From NCBI GenBank assembly GCA_019233975.1, contig JAFALY010000035.1, positions 65,819 to 129,818 on the forward strand: a DNA stretch of 64,000 bases, read 5' to 3'. The position numbers and the translations under genes were made by a program. This stretch comes from Alphaproteobacteria bacterium (GTDB lineage Bacteria > Pseudomonadota > Alphaproteobacteria > UBA9219). Shown here in pieces: positions 9,370 to 20,447 of the stretch. The notes beneath the pieces are model-generated. The model was not told the DNA's origin, did no database searches, and saw nothing but the letters and a program-made list of their open reading frames with translations. The first letter of the stretch is position 1; each line of letters opens with the position of its first letter.

Positions 9370-10205
9370 ACCGTTCGGCGATAAGGCGATACAGGGTAAA
9401 CGCCCAGGACGCGCACATGGTCGGCGTGATGCTTCATGTCGTCCAAGGCGCGGGCGAGCGCGGGCTGTGCGGGGTGTCCTTCAACTTCGCACAGGAACTG
9501 GGTCGCGACAAATTGCCCGCCCAGCATATAGCTTTCCAGTTTGGTCATGTTAATGCCGTTGGTCGCCAGACCGACCATGGCGGAAAACAGCGCGGCAGGC
9601 TTGTTTTTAACGCGGAAAAGGAAGCTGGTCATAATATCGGGCGCATCTGGCGCGGGCCATGCCGGTTCCCGGGCCGCGATATAAAAGCGTGTCGTGTTGT
9701 GCGCTTCGTCTTCGACATTCCGGCGCAAAACGGAAAGCCCGTAAATATCCGCCGCCAGTTCGGACGCGATGGCGGCGTGTGCCTTGTCGTTCATCTCTGC
9801 CACATGTTTGGCGGATAGGGCTGTGTCGCTTTCTGCAACTTCTTGCAGCTTTAATTCAGCAATGACGCGTCTGACCTGCCCCAGCGCGACATCCTGTGAA
9901 TGTGCAAAACGCAGGTCGGCAAGCGTGGCACCGCGCGGGGCCATCAGGCAATGCTCGACACGCTGAAAATGCTCGCCGATAATGTGCAAACCACTGTCCG
10001 GCAACAGTTGATGAATACCGCCAACGCGCCCGTACAGGCTGTTTTCACAGGGCAACAGGCCGTGGTCGACATCGCCGTTTTGCAGCGCGCCGATCAACGC
10101 GTCAAAATTCGGGGTAGGGATACGTTCGGCGTCGGGGAAGGCATGACGAACGGCAAGGTCGGAATAGGAGCCGGGATTACCCTGATAAGCAACGCGTAAG
10201 GACAT
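9366..10205 (-). CDS. pheA: Prephenate dehydratase
   Basis: VAYQGNPGSYS, ENS, NTTRF, TKLESYM ACT domain. GGAGGAG RBS before ATG at 10205. Confidence 0.93.
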   Translation of the reverse strand: MSLRVAYQGNPGSYSDLAVRHAFPDAERIPTPNFDALIGALQNGDVDHGLLPCENSLYGRVGGIHQLLPDSGLHIIGEHFQRVEHCLMAPRGATLADLRFAHSQDVALGQVRRVIAELKLQEVAESDTALSAKHVAEMNDKAHAAIASELAADIYGLSVLRRNVEDEAHNTTRFYIAAREPAWPAPDAPDIMTSFLFRVKNKPAALFSAMVGLATNGINMTKLESYMLGGQFVATQFLCEVEGHPAQPALARALDDMKHHADHVRVLGVYPVSPYRRTV

Positions 10206-10295
10206 GATGGTTTCTCCTCCATCACTCGTCGCATGAAACGGAAAACTTGGCAATCACTGCTTGGTGTCGCGGCGCGGCGATGATATACAAAACCC

Positions 10296-11033
10296 ATGCA
10301 AACACCGGATCCCCATAACACGCGCCCGCTTGCCGATTTACACAATGTTGACCTGATCCTTTGGGATCTGGACGGAACCAAATACACCTATCACCGCGAT
10401 ATCGAAGAACACGTCTATAAGGCGTTGATACCAGTCGTGAAGCAAAGGTTGGCGGAAAACGGATTGCCGCCGCTGACCGATGCGCAAATCCGCGACATTG
10501 GCGGCCGATCCTTCCGTACGCACAGCGTCAGCTGGATGGGATTTGCCGAAGAATATGGCTTTGACTGGCGCACTTTATTTGAAGATTACCAGAATGCGAT
10601 TTCGATTGATGTGGTTCTGGGCGAACCCTGTGACCGTTATCTGGCGTTGCTGGAAAAAACGCGCGCACTTGGCATCCGCCACGCCATCTTTACCCATTCG
10701 AACGCGCCGTGGGTCTGGCGTGTTCTGGAAAAGCTGGGACTGAAGGAATTTTTTGCGGATTGCCCCATTTTTGATCTGCATTTCACCGATGGCGCCATGA
10801 AACAGCATGGCCGGACGGGCTATGAGATTGTGCTGTCGAGCCTTGGCGTTGCAGCGGAACGGGTCCTGATGGTTGATGATTTTCCGCAAAACCTGTCGGG
10901 CGCCAAGGAACTCGGTATGCTGACTGCCCTCATGGACCGTGAACATGGCTACGCTGGCACACCCGCGCCGCAGGCTGACTACCGGTTTGCCCTGCCGCAG
11001 GATTTGCTGACCGCCCTGCTGGAAACCCGCTAA
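10296..11033 (+). CDS. HAD-family hydrolase (pyrimidine 5'-nucleotidase-like)
   Basis: WDLDGT, IFTHS, MVDD..NL.GAKELGM. Confidence 0.8.
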   Translation: MQTPDPHNTRPLADLHNVDLILWDLDGTKYTYHRDIEEHVYKALIPVVKQRLAENGLPPLTDAQIRDIGGRSFRTHSVSWMGFAEEYGFDWRTLFEDYQNAISIDVVLGEPCDRYLALLEKTRALGIRHAIFTHSNAPWVWRVLEKLGLKEFFADCPIFDLHFTDGAMKQHGRTGYEIVLSSLGVAAERVLMVDDFPQNLSGAKELGMLTALMDREHGYAGTPAPQADYRFALPQDLLTALLETR

Positions 11034-11130
11034 TCACCGCAGAACAAATTATGGTTGTATCCTGCCTATAAATGCATACTATAGCGTGCAGTCGATGGGG
11101 TCGCGCCCGGTGGCATAGTGGCAGTACAAA

Positions 11131-11613
11131 ATGTCTAACGAATTGATAGATAACGATAATGTGGCGATATTGATTGACGATCATGTCAGCAATCGCATTA
11201 AGCTACGCCGTAACATGCTGGGCATCACGCAGGGTCAGTTGGCCAAATTCTTGGGTCTGACCTTCCAACAGGTACAGAAATACGAAAACGCGTCCAATAG
11301 AATAGGCGCCGGCCGTTTGAAGATGGTGGCTGATTTTCTACAGGTGCCCGTCAGCTGGTTTTATGAAGGATTAGAAGGTGCTGCGCCTGCTTTTGTAGGG
11401 ATTGCCGAAGGCAAACAGGCAGCGTTGGAAGACGCACCTCCTGGGGGCGTGGCCCGTCCTGCGTCACAAAAAGCCTCAGCCTTGGACGTCGATGTGCTGG
11501 CCAAGCCCGAAACCATGGATCTGATCCGCGCTTATTACGCGGTCAAGGATCGCGACCAACGCCGGAAAATAGTCGACCTTATCAAGAGCATGGCGGACAG
11601 CGACGCCGTTTAA
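11131..11613 (+). CDS. XRE-family HTH transcriptional regulator (alphaproteobacterial metK-linked type)
   Basis: RIKLRR..LGITQ..LA..LGLTFQQVQKYE..SNRIGAGRL. Confidence 0.9.
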   Translation: MSNELIDNDNVAILIDDHVSNRIKLRRNMLGITQGQLAKFLGLTFQQVQKYENASNRIGAGRLKMVADFLQVPVSWFYEGLEGAAPAFVGIAEGKQAALEDAPPGGVARPASQKASALDVDVLAKPETMDLIRAYYAVKDRDQRRKIVDLIKSMADSDAV

Positions 11614-11733
11614 GAGACATGGCGTTTTCGTGACAAAACAGGCCTTTGGCTTGATCGCTTCGTTAATTCATGCTTTGTTGGCCGTCCCCGCGTGTGCAAC
11701 GCAACCTGCCCCTGCCAAAGACGGAAATAGATT

Positions 11734-12915
11734 ATGATCAGCAAAGTTAAGAAAAACTACCTTTTCACCTCTGAATCAGTTGGCGAAGGGCACCCGGACA
11801 AGGTCTGTGACCGTATTTCGGATTCGATTGTCGATTTGTTCCTGAGCCATGACCCGCAAAGCCGCGTGGCCGTTGAAACGCTGGCGACCACCAACCGTAT
11901 CGTTCTGGCCGGTGAAATTCGCGGGCCGCGCCTGATTACCCCCGCCGAAATGGAAAAGGCCGCGCGCGAAGCGGTACGTGAAATCGGCTATGCCCAAAAG
12001 GGCTTCCACTGGCAATGGGCGGATGTTGAAATTCACGTCCATGCGCAATCCGAAGATATCGCGATTGGTGTCGATGCGTCCGGTAACAAGGACGAAGGTG
12101 CTGGCGACCAGGGTATCATGTTCGGTTATGCCTGCCGCGAAACACCGACTTTTATGCCAGCGCCGATTTTCTATTCGCACAAGATTTTGCGCCTGATCTC
12201 CGAAGCCCGTCATGCTGGCAAGCTGCCGACGCTCGGCCCCGATGCGAAAAGCCAGGTCACGCTTGAATATGTAGACGGCGTGCCGGTCCGTGCGGCGCGC
12301 GTTGTCGTGTCGACCCAGCATGATGAAAAGATCGATCAGGCCGAAGTGCGCGAAATCGTGCGCCCGTTTGTTGTGCAGGCTTTGCCGGAAGGCTGGATGT
12401 GCGAAGACCAGTATTTCTATGTGAACCCGACGGGTCGCTTTGTCATCGGCGGTCCCGATGGCGACGCCGGTCTGACGGGCCGCAAGATTATCGTCGATAC
12501 TTACGGTGGCGCAGCCCCCCATGGCGGCGGTGCGTTTTCGGGCAAGGATCCCACCAAGGTTGACCGTTCGGCCGCTTATATGGCGCGTTATCTGGCCAAA
12601 AACATTGTGGCTGCGGGCATTGCCGACCGTTGCACCCTGCAATTGGCCTATGCCATCGGCGTGTCTGAACCGCTCGCGCTTTACGTTTCGACGCATGACA
12701 CGAACCATGTCGATGATGAAAAACTGCCGACTGTCTTGCGCGATATGGTGCGCCTGTCGCCGCGCGGCATTCGCGAACATCTGCAGCTGAACCGCCCGAT
12801 TTATAAAAAGACGTCTTCGTTCGGGCACTTTGGTCGCGAGCCGGAGGCGGATGGTCATTTCTCGTGGGAACGCCTTGACCTCGTCCCCGAACTGAAGCGC
12901 ACGTTCAATCTCTAA
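11734..12915 (+). CDS. metK: S-adenosylmethionine synthetase
   Basis: [28 protein letters not shown]. Confidence 0.98.
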   Translation: MISKVKKNYLFTSESVGEGHPDKVCDRISDSIVDLFLSHDPQSRVAVETLATTNRIVLAGEIRGPRLITPAEMEKAAREAVREIGYAQKGFHWQWADVEIHVHAQSEDIAIGVDASGNKDEGAGDQGIMFGYACRETPTFMPAPIFYSHKILRLISEARHAGKLPTLGPDAKSQVTLEYVDGVPVRAARVVVSTQHDEKIDQAEVREIVRPFVVQALPEGWMCEDQYFYVNPTGRFVIGGPDGDAGLTGRKIIVDTYGGAAPHGGGAFSGKDPTKVDRSAAYMARYLAKNIVAAGIADRCTLQLAYAIGVSEPLALYVSTHDTNHVDDEKLPTVLRDMVRLSPRGIREHLQLNRPIYKKTSSFGHFGREPEADGHFSWERLDLVPELKRTFNL

Positions 12916-12929
12916 GGAAGGGATTGCCG

Positions 12930-14270
12930 ATGTCGCGTAAACTTTTTGGTACCGATGGCATTCGCGGCCTGGCGAACCAGGAGCCGATGACCGCCGAAAC
13001 AGCGTTGGCCGTTGCCATGGCGGCAGGCGGTCAGTTCCGCAGTGGCTCGCATCGTCACCGCGTGGTCATCGGGAAGGATACGCGTCTGTCGGGCTATTTG
13101 CTGGAGCCGGCACTGACAGCGGGCTTTATCGCACAGGGGATGGATGTCATCCTTCTGGGACCGTTGCCCACACCCGCCGTTGCCATGCTGACGCGCAGCC
13201 TGCGCGCGGATCTGGGCGTGATGATCTCTGCCTCGCACAATCCGTATCAGGATAACGGCATCAAACTGTTTGGCCCGAACGGCGGCAAACTTTCGGATGA
13301 TGTCGAAGCGCGTATCGAAGCCGATATGCAAAACGGCACAGGGCAAAACCGCGTGCCGTCCGATGCGTTGGGCCGCGCCAGCCGTCTGGATGACGCGATT
13401 GGCCGTTATGTTGAATATGTCAAAGCGACTTTCCCGGGCAATACGCTTGAAGGGTTGAAGATTGTCGTCGATTGCGCCAACGGTGCGGCATACAAGGTGG
13501 CGCCGACAGTTTTGTGGGAGCTGGGGGCCGAGGTTGTGCCGATTGCGGTCACGCCGGATGGCCGTAACATCAATGACCGTTGTGGCGCCACGCATACGCG
13601 TTTGATGCAGGAAGCGGTTTTGCTGCATCAGGCCGATATCGGTATTGCGCTGGATGGTGATGCCGACCGTTTGATTATCGCCGACGAAAAAGGACAGAAG
13701 GTTGATGGCGACCAGCTGATGGGCCTGATTGCAACGCATATGGCCAAGCGCGGCGCGTTAAAAGGCGGGGCCGTTGTCGCGACCGTTATGTCTAATCTGG
13801 GACTTGAACGCCATTTGCAGGCGCAGGGTTTGCGCCTGATCCGCACACCTGTGGGTGACCGTTATGTGGTCGAAGCGATGCAGGAAAAAGGGTGCAATCT
13901 GGGCGGTGAACAATCCGGCCATATTGTCCTGAGCGATTACAGCACGACAGGCGATGGCTTGATCGCCGCGCTGCAGGTGCTGGCCGTCTTGCGCGAAAGC
14001 GGCAGGAAGGCGAGCGAGCTTTGCGCCGTTTTCAAACCCCTGCCGCAGATCCTCAGCAATGTGCGCGCGCCGGGCGAGATTTTGCAGAAACCCGCCGTAC
14101 AGGCCGCCATTGCCACGGCTGAACAAAGTCTGGGCGACAAAGGGCGTGTGCTGATCCGCAAGTCGGGAACAGAACCGCTTATTCGTGTGATGGCTGAAGG
14201 CGAAGATGCCGACCTCGTTCAACGCGTGGTGGGCGACATCGTCGCCGTTATCACAAAGGAAGCGGCGTAA
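12930..14270 (+). CDS. glmM: Phosphoglucosamine mutase
   Basis: [35 protein letters not shown]. Confidence 0.97.
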   Translation: MSRKLFGTDGIRGLANQEPMTAETALAVAMAAGGQFRSGSHRHRVVIGKDTRLSGYLLEPALTAGFIAQGMDVILLGPLPTPAVAMLTRSLRADLGVMISASHNPYQDNGIKLFGPNGGKLSDDVEARIEADMQNGTGQNRVPSDALGRASRLDDAIGRYVEYVKATFPGNTLEGLKIVVDCANGAAYKVAPTVLWELGAEVVPIAVTPDGRNINDRCGATHTRLMQEAVLLHQADIGIALDGDADRLIIADEKGQKVDGDQLMGLIATHMAKRGALKGGAVVATVMSNLGLERHLQAQGLRLIRTPVGDRYVVEAMQEKGCNLGGEQSGHIVLSDYSTTGDGLIAALQVLAVLRESGRKASELCAVFKPLPQILSNVRAPGEILQKPAVQAAIATAEQSLGDKGRVLIRKSGTEPLIRVMAEGEDADLVQRVVGDIVAVITKEAA

Positions 14271-14300
14271 CCCGACCCACCGGTCGCGGCGCAAGACGAA

Positions 14301-15479
14301 ATGGAACTGGGTATGTCCTTGGCTTTGATTATCGCGCTTATCAGTTTTATCGGCTGGGTTTATCTGGCGTTCTTTCATGACGCATTCTGGCAACCGCTGA
14401 CTTTCCCTTTGTCGCCGGAACCCACAACATGGCCCGAGGTTGCGATTATCGTCCCCGCGCGTAATGAGACCGATAGCCTGCCACAAACCCTGCCGTCATG
14501 GCTGGCGCAGGATTACAAAGGTGTCTGGCGCGTCATTCTGGTCGATGACCACAGCACAGACGGCACGGCGGCAACCGCACGCGCTATCGCCAAGCGTCTG
14601 GGTCGCGAAGACAGGTTGGAGGTTATCGCGGCTCCGGACCTGCCGCAGGGCTGGCTGGGTAAGGTGGCTGCGATGCAGGCGGGCGTTGCCGCCAGTCAGT
14701 CGGATTATATCTTGTTCACGGATGCCGATATTCGCCATGCGCCGCACAGCCTGTCGCGTCTGGTTGCGCGTGCTGTTGAAATGAAGCTCGACCTCACCTC
14801 GCAAATGGTGCGGTTGCGTTGCGTCGCGGTTGCTGAAAAATTACTGATCCCGGCTTTTGTTTTTTTCTTTGGCATGCTGTACCCGTTCCGCCGTGCCAAT
14901 GATGCGAACCATGATATGGCCGCCGCCGCAGGCGGGACCATGCTGGTGCGCCGCAAGGCGTTGCAGAATGCAGGCGGCATGGCGGCGTTGCGTAACGCGC
15001 TGATTGATGACTGTACATTGGCGCGGGCGATCAAGTTGGCGGGCGGCGGCGCGGATGAACAGGGTTTGCCGGTCAAGGGGCGTATTGAACTGACATTGGC
15101 CACGGATACGGAATCTCTGCGCCCCTATCCCGATATTGCCGATGTTTGGGACATGGTAGCCCGCACGGCATTTACACAATTGCGTTATTCAACCGCTATG
15201 CTGGCGGGTGCTTTGTGCGGGCTGTCGCTTTTGTTTCTGGTGCCGCCCTTGTTGCCCGTTTTGTCGGATTCTGCGGGTGCTGGGCTGTGGGCCATGGCGG
15301 CTTGGCTTCTGATGGCGCTGATTTATGTGCCTATGGTCATGTTTTATAAACAATCTCCGCTCTGGGCATTGACACTGCCACTGGCGGCGGCGATTTATAT
15401 GGCTGCAACTTTTGACTCGGCTTTGCGCTATTGGCGCGGGCAGGGCGGTTTGTGGAAAGGCCGCGCGCAAGCATCATGA
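14301..15479 (+). CDS. hpnB: Hopanoid-associated GT2 glycosyltransferase
   Basis: VPARNE, VDDHSTDGT, LPQGWLGK, FTDADI, LIPAFVFFFGMLYPF, LIDDC, WDMVARTAFTQLRYS. Confidence 0.88.
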   Translation: MELGMSLALIIALISFIGWVYLAFFHDAFWQPLTFPLSPEPTTWPEVAIIVPARNETDSLPQTLPSWLAQDYKGVWRVILVDDHSTDGTAATARAIAKRLGREDRLEVIAAPDLPQGWLGKVAAMQAGVAASQSDYILFTDADIRHAPHSLSRLVARAVEMKLDLTSQMVRLRCVAVAEKLLIPAFVFFFGMLYPFRRANDANHDMAAAAGGTMLVRRKALQNAGGMAALRNALIDDCTLARAIKLAGGGADEQGLPVKGRIELTLATDTESLRPYPDIADVWDMVARTAFTQLRYSTAMLAGALCGLSLLFLVPPLLPVLSDSAGAGLWAMAAWLLMALIYVPMVMFYKQSPLWALTLPLAAAIYMAATFDSALRYWRGQGGLWKGRAQAS

Positions 15480-16342
15480 CCAACAAAGCCATCATTCCCG
15501 CCTCCGAACCCGCGACCGATCAGGCCTTTAACGCGTGGAAAAATCAAAATACAGAAAATTTTCCGGTAGGGTCGTTCCTTATCCGCGCCGCGTTGCGGCC
15601 GCATGTACATGCTTTTTATGCCTTTGCCCGTGCGGCGGATAATATTTCCGATGACCCGCTGATGGACGCGGCCGAGAAAATCCGCCGCCTGAACCAGTTT
15701 GCGCTGACGCTCGGTAACGCCGACTGCACCAAGGTGCCAGAGGCTGCCCTGATGCGCCAAAGTCTGACCGCAACACGGATATCGCCGCGGCATTGCCTTG
15801 ACCTGCTGACGGCCTTTAAGCGCGATGCGACGCAATTGCGCTATCAGAATTGGGATGAGCTGCTGGACTACTGCCGTTATTCGGCGGCGCCTGTCGGACG
15901 TTATGTTCTGGCGTTGCACGGTATTGGCGAGGCGGCTTGGCCTGCGAATGACGCGCTGTGCGCGGCGTTGCAGATCATCAATCATATTCAGGATTGCGCG
16001 GATGATTATCGCGAACTGGACCGCGCCTATATTCCGGAGGATATGCTGTTGATGCGTGGCGCCAATCTGGCCGACCTTTCTGCCGTTAAATGCACGGAAC
16101 CGTTGCGCCTGACATTGCAGGATATGCTCGACCGGCTTAAACCGCTCATGACATTGGCGCACAGCTTCCCGGGACAGATCCGCGATGTGCGTTTAAAACT
16201 GGAAGTTTCGGTGATTGTGGCGTTGGCCGATGACATGATCGCCTGCCTGCGCCGCCGCGATCCGTTGGCTGAGGAAACCAAACTGGGCAAGGGGGCTGTT
16301 ATCTGGGCCGCTTTGCGTGGTGCCGCAGGGGCATGGTTTTAA
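15476..16342 (+). CDS. hpnC: Hydroxysqualene synthase
   Basis: ENFPVGS, YAFARAADNISD, YCRYSAAPVGR, ALQIINHIQD. ATGA overlap with hpnB. Confidence 0.93.
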   Translation: MTNKAIIPASEPATDQAFNAWKNQNTENFPVGSFLIRAALRPHVHAFYAFARAADNISDDPLMDAAEKIRRLNQFALTLGNADCTKVPEAALMRQSLTATRISPRHCLDLLTAFKRDATQLRYQNWDELLDYCRYSAAPVGRYVLALHGIGEAAWPANDALCAALQIINHIQDCADDYRELDRAYIPEDMLLMRGANLADLSAVKCTEPLRLTLQDMLDRLKPLMTLAHSFPGQIRDVRLKLEVSVIVALADDMIACLRRRDPLAEETKLGKGAVIWAALRGAAGAWF

Positions 16343-17232
16343 TGCAGGACACGCTGACGACTTACGAAGCGGCGATGACGGACGTTAAAAACCGTGTGAA
16401 TGCGGCGCGTTCGTCTTTTCAGGCGGGTATGCAGCTTCTGCCCCGCGACCGTCGTGACGGTATGTATGCATTTTACGCCTTTTGCCGCGTAGTGGATGAT
16501 ATTGCCGATGACAGCCCCACGCCGGAGATTGCCGCCCAAGGTTTGGCCGAATGGCGACAGAAAATTCAGGCACTGTTTCACGGTCGCGCCTGCGACAGCA
16601 TCACAATCGCGCTGTTGCCTGCCGTGCGCCGCTATCATCTGGTTGAGGCTGATTTTCAAGCGATCATTGACGGCATGGAAATGGATTCGATTGCCATCGT
16701 GGCGCCGGATACGCAAACGCTCGACCTCTATTGCGACCGCGTGGCCAGCGCCGTGGGGCGTGTGTCTGTGCGGATGTTTGGCGATAATAGTGATAATGCG
16801 CAGCGCCTTGCCTATCATCTGGGGCGTGCGTTTCAGCTGACCAACATTTTGCGCGACCTTGCTGAAGACGCCGCGCGCGGCAGGTTGTATCTACCCTCCG
16901 AACTTTTGGCCAAACATGGCGTGCAGTCACGCGTGCCGCAGGATGTGTTGCGCGATTCGGCTTTGCAGAATGTTTGCCGTGATCTGGCCGCACTGGCCGC
17001 CACGCATTACAAAGAGGCGGATACCTGTATGCTGCGCAGTATGGCCTTGGGCCACCGGGCGGCCATGCGTCCGCCGCAGATGATGCGCGCCTATTATGGT
17101 GCGATCTTCGACAGGCTCCGCGCCGCCGACTGGAAAGATCCGTCCACGCGCATCTCGCTTTCCGGTATACAAAAGCTGGGGCTCGCGCTGCAGACCTGGG
17201 CGTCACAGCTTTTTATCTCAAAGGCGGCCTGA
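16342..17232 (+). CDS. hpnD: Presqualene diphosphate synthase
   Basis: SSF, YAFCRVVDDIAD, YCDRVASAVG, QLTNILRD. TAATG overlap. Confidence 0.93.
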   Translation: MQDTLTTYEAAMTDVKNRVNAARSSFQAGMQLLPRDRRDGMYAFYAFCRVVDDIADDSPTPEIAAQGLAEWRQKIQALFHGRACDSITIALLPAVRRYHLVEADFQAIIDGMEMDSIAIVAPDTQTLDLYCDRVASAVGRVSVRMFGDNSDNAQRLAYHLGRAFQLTNILRDLAEDAARGRLYLPSELLAKHGVQSRVPQDVLRDSALQNVCRDLAALAATHYKEADTCMLRSMALGHRAAMRPPQMMRAYYGAIFDRLRAADWKDPSTRISLSGIQKLGLALQTWASQLFISKAA

Positions 17233-18503
17233 TGGCTCCGCGTCATACACATATTGTCGGTGCCGGTGTTGCGGGCTTGGCGGCGGCGCTGCAATTGGCG
17301 TTGTCGGATGAAAAAGTTACGCTATACGAAGCCGCCCCTTTCGCAGGTGGGCGTTGCCGTTCCTTTTATGACCGTGAATTGGGACACCGTATCGACAACG
17401 GTAATCATCTGGTGCTGTCGGGTAATGTCGCCATTCGCGATTATCTGCACCTCAGCCAGGCGACCGAGACGATGGGCGGCCCCGGCAAGCCACTGTTTCC
17501 TTTTATGGACATGAAAAGTGGCGAACGCTGGAACGTGCATATGAACAAAGGGCCTTTGCCCTTCTGGCTTCTGGATAAAAAACGCCGCGTGCCGGGCGCG
17601 ACATGGCGCGATTATCTGTCAGCCTTCAAGGTCATGACAGCACGGGGTGATGACCGTGTGGGGCAGCGACTGAATCTCGACTCGACCTTCTATAAAAGGT
17701 TTTGGGAACCATTGGTGATCGGCGCTTTGAACACCGAGGCGGAAATTGCTTCCGCCCCCATGCTCGCTACCATTATGGGACAGACTTTTCTGGCGGGCGG
17801 TGAGGCTTGCATTCCCCTGATCCCCAAGGTCGGGCTGTCTGAAACTTTTGTGCAGCCGACCCTGAATGTTTTGCGTCAGGCGGGTGTTGACGTGAAGTAC
17901 AATCAACGCCTGCGTGCCATGGCGGTGGACGGCAATGCTGTGCGTCAACTGGACTTTAACGGCACTGTGGTGGATATCGCACCTGATGATTGGGTTGTTT
18001 TCGCTCTGCCCGCCTGGGTCGTGCAGAACCTGTTGCCGGATGTGCAATTACCCAATGATTTTCGTTCCATCATCAACGCGCATTTCCGCGTGGATGGCGT
18101 GCAGGACCCCGTGGGGTTCGCAGGCGTCGTCAATGGGCTGGCCGAATGGGTTTTCGCGCGCGAAGGCGTGGCCTCTGTCACCATCAGTTGCGCCGAACGC
18201 TACGGCGAATATCCTGTGCGCGACATGGTGCCTTATATCTGGAAAGACGTGGCCCGGCTTTATGACCTGGATCCTGATCGCGTGCCGCCGCATCGCATCT
18301 TTAAGGAAAAATACGCGACCTTTGCCGCGACGCCGGAACAAAATCTGCGTCGTCCCGCCGCTTATGTCGGGTGGAAGAATCTGGCGCTGGCGGGAGAATG
18401 GACGGCGACCGGGCTGCCGACGACGATCGAAAGCGCGATCCGCTCCGGCTTTAAGGCGGCGCAGCTCGTGCTCCGCTGGACAGCAGGCCAGGCTGCCGCC
18501 TGA
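17232..18503 (+). CDS. hpnE: Hydroxysqualene dehydroxylase (FAD-dependent)
   Basis: GAGVAGL, GGRCRS, IDNGNH, LAGEWTATGLPTTIE. TGATG overlap. Confidence 0.93.
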   Translation: MAPRHTHIVGAGVAGLAAALQLALSDEKVTLYEAAPFAGGRCRSFYDRELGHRIDNGNHLVLSGNVAIRDYLHLSQATETMGGPGKPLFPFMDMKSGERWNVHMNKGPLPFWLLDKKRRVPGATWRDYLSAFKVMTARGDDRVGQRLNLDSTFYKRFWEPLVIGALNTEAEIASAPMLATIMGQTFLAGGEACIPLIPKVGLSETFVQPTLNVLRQAGVDVKYNQRLRAMAVDGNAVRQLDFNGTVVDIAPDDWVVFALPAWVVQNLLPDVQLPNDFRSIINAHFRVDGVQDPVGFAGVVNGLAEWVFAREGVASVTISCAERYGEYPVRDMVPYIWKDVARLYDLDPDRVPPHRIFKEKYATFAATPEQNLRRPAAYVGWKNLALAGEWTATGLPTTIESAIRSGFKAAQLVLRWTAGQAAA

Positions 18504-18517
18504 CGGCCTTCAATTAA

Positions 18518-19531
18518 TCAGATCAAGTCGCTCAGTTTCACCAGCGGGCGCGGACCATAATGGCTGATGACCTCTGCCGCCGCGATCGCGCCGATGCGCC
18601 CCGCCTCGGGCAGGCTCTTGCCATGTGTGATGCCGTAAAGGAATCCTGCGGCATACAAATCGCCGGCGCCCGTTGTGTCGATAACCTTGTCGACGGGGGC
18701 GGCGGGCACTTCATGCACGGCATCGCTGTTGGTAATGACTGCGCCCTTTTCGCCGCGCGTGACGACGGCAATGCCGGTATGTTTGCGTACTTCGGCGATG
18801 GCGCTGTTGAAGTCGTTCGTCTGGTAAAGCGCCAGAATCTCGGCCTCATTTGCGAACAGGATGTCGATATGGTTTTGCACCAGATCGTGAAACTCGGCGC
18901 GATGACGCTCGACACAGAACAGGTCGGAAAGCGTCAGGGCCATTGTTTTCTTGGCCTGCTTGACGATATCGGTCGCCTGATAAAAAGCGCGCTTGGCCGC
19001 AGGGCGGTCGAACAGATAGCCTTCGAGATAGGTAATTTGCGAACGCTGTAAAATATCGGCATTGATATCCTGTGGCTCAAATTCCACCGAAATGCCCAGA
19101 TACGTGTTCATGCTGCGCGCGGCGTCCGGCGTCACAAGGATGATGCAACGCCCGGTTGATATGCCGGCATAGGGGCCATGTTGATTATCGGGCACCGGGT
19201 GCGTGCTGAAATATACGCCCTGCGCGTGCATGTCGTGACGGAAGATGGTGCCCAACTGGTCTTCCTTGACCTTGCCCATAAAGGCGGCCTTGCCACCCAA
19301 TGAGGCAATACCGGTCATGGTGTTGGCGGCCGACCCGCCCGACGTTTCAACGGCGGGGCCGATCTTGTCATACAGGTCGCCAGAACGTCCGGCGCTGACC
19401 AGATTCATCGCATTCTTGGCGATATCCTGTTCGACCAGGAACGCATCATCGGCTTCGGCAATGATATCGACAAGCGCGTTTCCGATGGCGACAACGTCAA
19501 AAATCTGGTCATTCTGTATTTGGTCAGTCAT
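18518..19531 (-). CDS. Adenosine kinase (PfkB family)
   Basis: GNALVD, GGSAANT, RSMNTYLG, DTTGAGD. Confidence 0.9.
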   Translation of the reverse strand: MTDQIQNDQIFDVVAIGNALVDIIAEADDAFLVEQDIAKNAMNLVSAGRSGDLYDKIGPAVETSGGSAANTMTGIASLGGKAAFMGKVKEDQLGTIFRHDMHAQGVYFSTHPVPDNQHGPYAGISTGRCIILVTPDAARSMNTYLGISVEFEPQDINADILQRSQITYLEGYLFDRPAAKRAFYQATDIVKQAKKTMALTLSDLFCVERHRAEFHDLVQNHIDILFANEAEILALYQTNDFNSAIAEVRKHTGIAVVTRGEKGAVITNSDAVHEVPAAPVDKVIDTTGAGDLYAAGFLYGITHGKSLPEAGRIGAIAAAEVISHYGPRPLVKLSDLI

Positions 19532-19655
19532 GGGCGTTTCCGGTTGCGGGTCTATGGTGGGGTTTTGAGGCTGCGCATTCTGTCCTGATTGCCAATATAT
19601 ATCAAATAATTAATCATCGAATCATTGATTCGTTGCTTTTGCAGCTCGTGATGTG

Positions 19656-19670
19656 TTAACGAAACCTTAC
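19656..19670 (+). promoter_or_regulatory. Near-consensus CtrA box upstream of bactofilin
   Basis: TTAAcgaaaccTTAC (TTAA-N7-TTAA with one mismatch), about 30 bp before the start codon. Confidence 0.5.
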
Positions 19671-19701
19671 CCAGTCTTGCCAATATTCCGGAGGAGCAAC
19701 A

Positions 19702-20292
19702 ATGTTTGGACGTAAGGGCGCCGAAGGCGCTGAAAACGAAGTTCAGGAAACCGTTAACGAGTCGGGCAGCACACTCTCGCGTGCACCGGAACAGGCTCCC
19801 CGTACCGGCGTTGCGATGCCGAGCCCGGCCCGCCGCGTCGTCGAAATTCCCGGCGCCACCCGCCGCAACAGCAACGCCTCGGCTGAAGAACGTCGCCTGA
19901 CGGTCGGCAAGGGTTTGTCGCTGGCTGGTGAAATCACCTCGTGTGACATTTTGGTCGTCGAAGGTAAGGTGGAAGCCAAGCTGACGGACGGCAAATTGCT
20001 CGAAATCACCGAATCCGGTCAGTTCCGCGGCAGCGTCGAAATCGAAAACGCCGATATCGCCGGTCGTTATGACGGCAACCTGATCGTCCATGGCCGCCTG
20101 ACGGTGCGCACCACAGGCCGTATCAGCGGCATGGTCAAGTACGGCGAACTGGAAGTCAGTGCCGGCGGTCAGATCATCGGCGAAATGCAGGTGACGGGCG
20201 GCGGCGTTCAGGAACGCGGCAACGGCTTCAAGAATGCGGCGAAATCAACCGCCGGTTCCGACGAAGACGAAGATTCAAAGAAGTCGGCCTAA
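19702..20292 (+). CDS. Bactofilin (polymer-forming cytoskeletal protein)
   Basis: LTVGKGLSLAGEITSCD.LVVEG beta-helix repeats; GGAGGAG RBS. Confidence 0.9.
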   Translation: MFGRKGAEGAENEVQETVNESGSTLSRAPEQAPRTGVAMPSPARRVVEIPGATRRNSNASAEERRLTVGKGLSLAGEITSCDILVVEGKVEAKLTDGKLLEITESGQFRGSVEIENADIAGRYDGNLIVHGRLTVRTTGRISGMVKYGELEVSAGGQIIGEMQVTGGGVQERGNGFKNAAKSTAGSDEDEDSKKSA

Positions 20293-20314
20293 TTAGTCGT
20301 AAGGCCTATTGATG

Positions 20315-20354
20315 ATAAGGATTCTGTCGCTTTTGTGGCAGAATCCTTATTTAT
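20315..20354 (+). terminator. Stem-loop downstream of bactofilin (probable intrinsic terminator)
   Basis: ataaggattctgtcgc-tttt-gtggcagaatccttat followed by AT-rich tail. Confidence 0.55.
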
Positions 20355-20447
20355 TATCCGGGGTTTGTAATCCCTTTCCCCATGCCCCGTTTTCTGATAC
20401 CAGAAATCCGGTTTTCTTAAATTCACAATGGTCCCCGTACTGTCGCC

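Noticed and set aside
11614-11733. Possible SAM riboswitch upstream of metK
   Set aside because: I could not match SAM-II or SAM-SAH consensus elements by eye; an Rfam scan would be needed.
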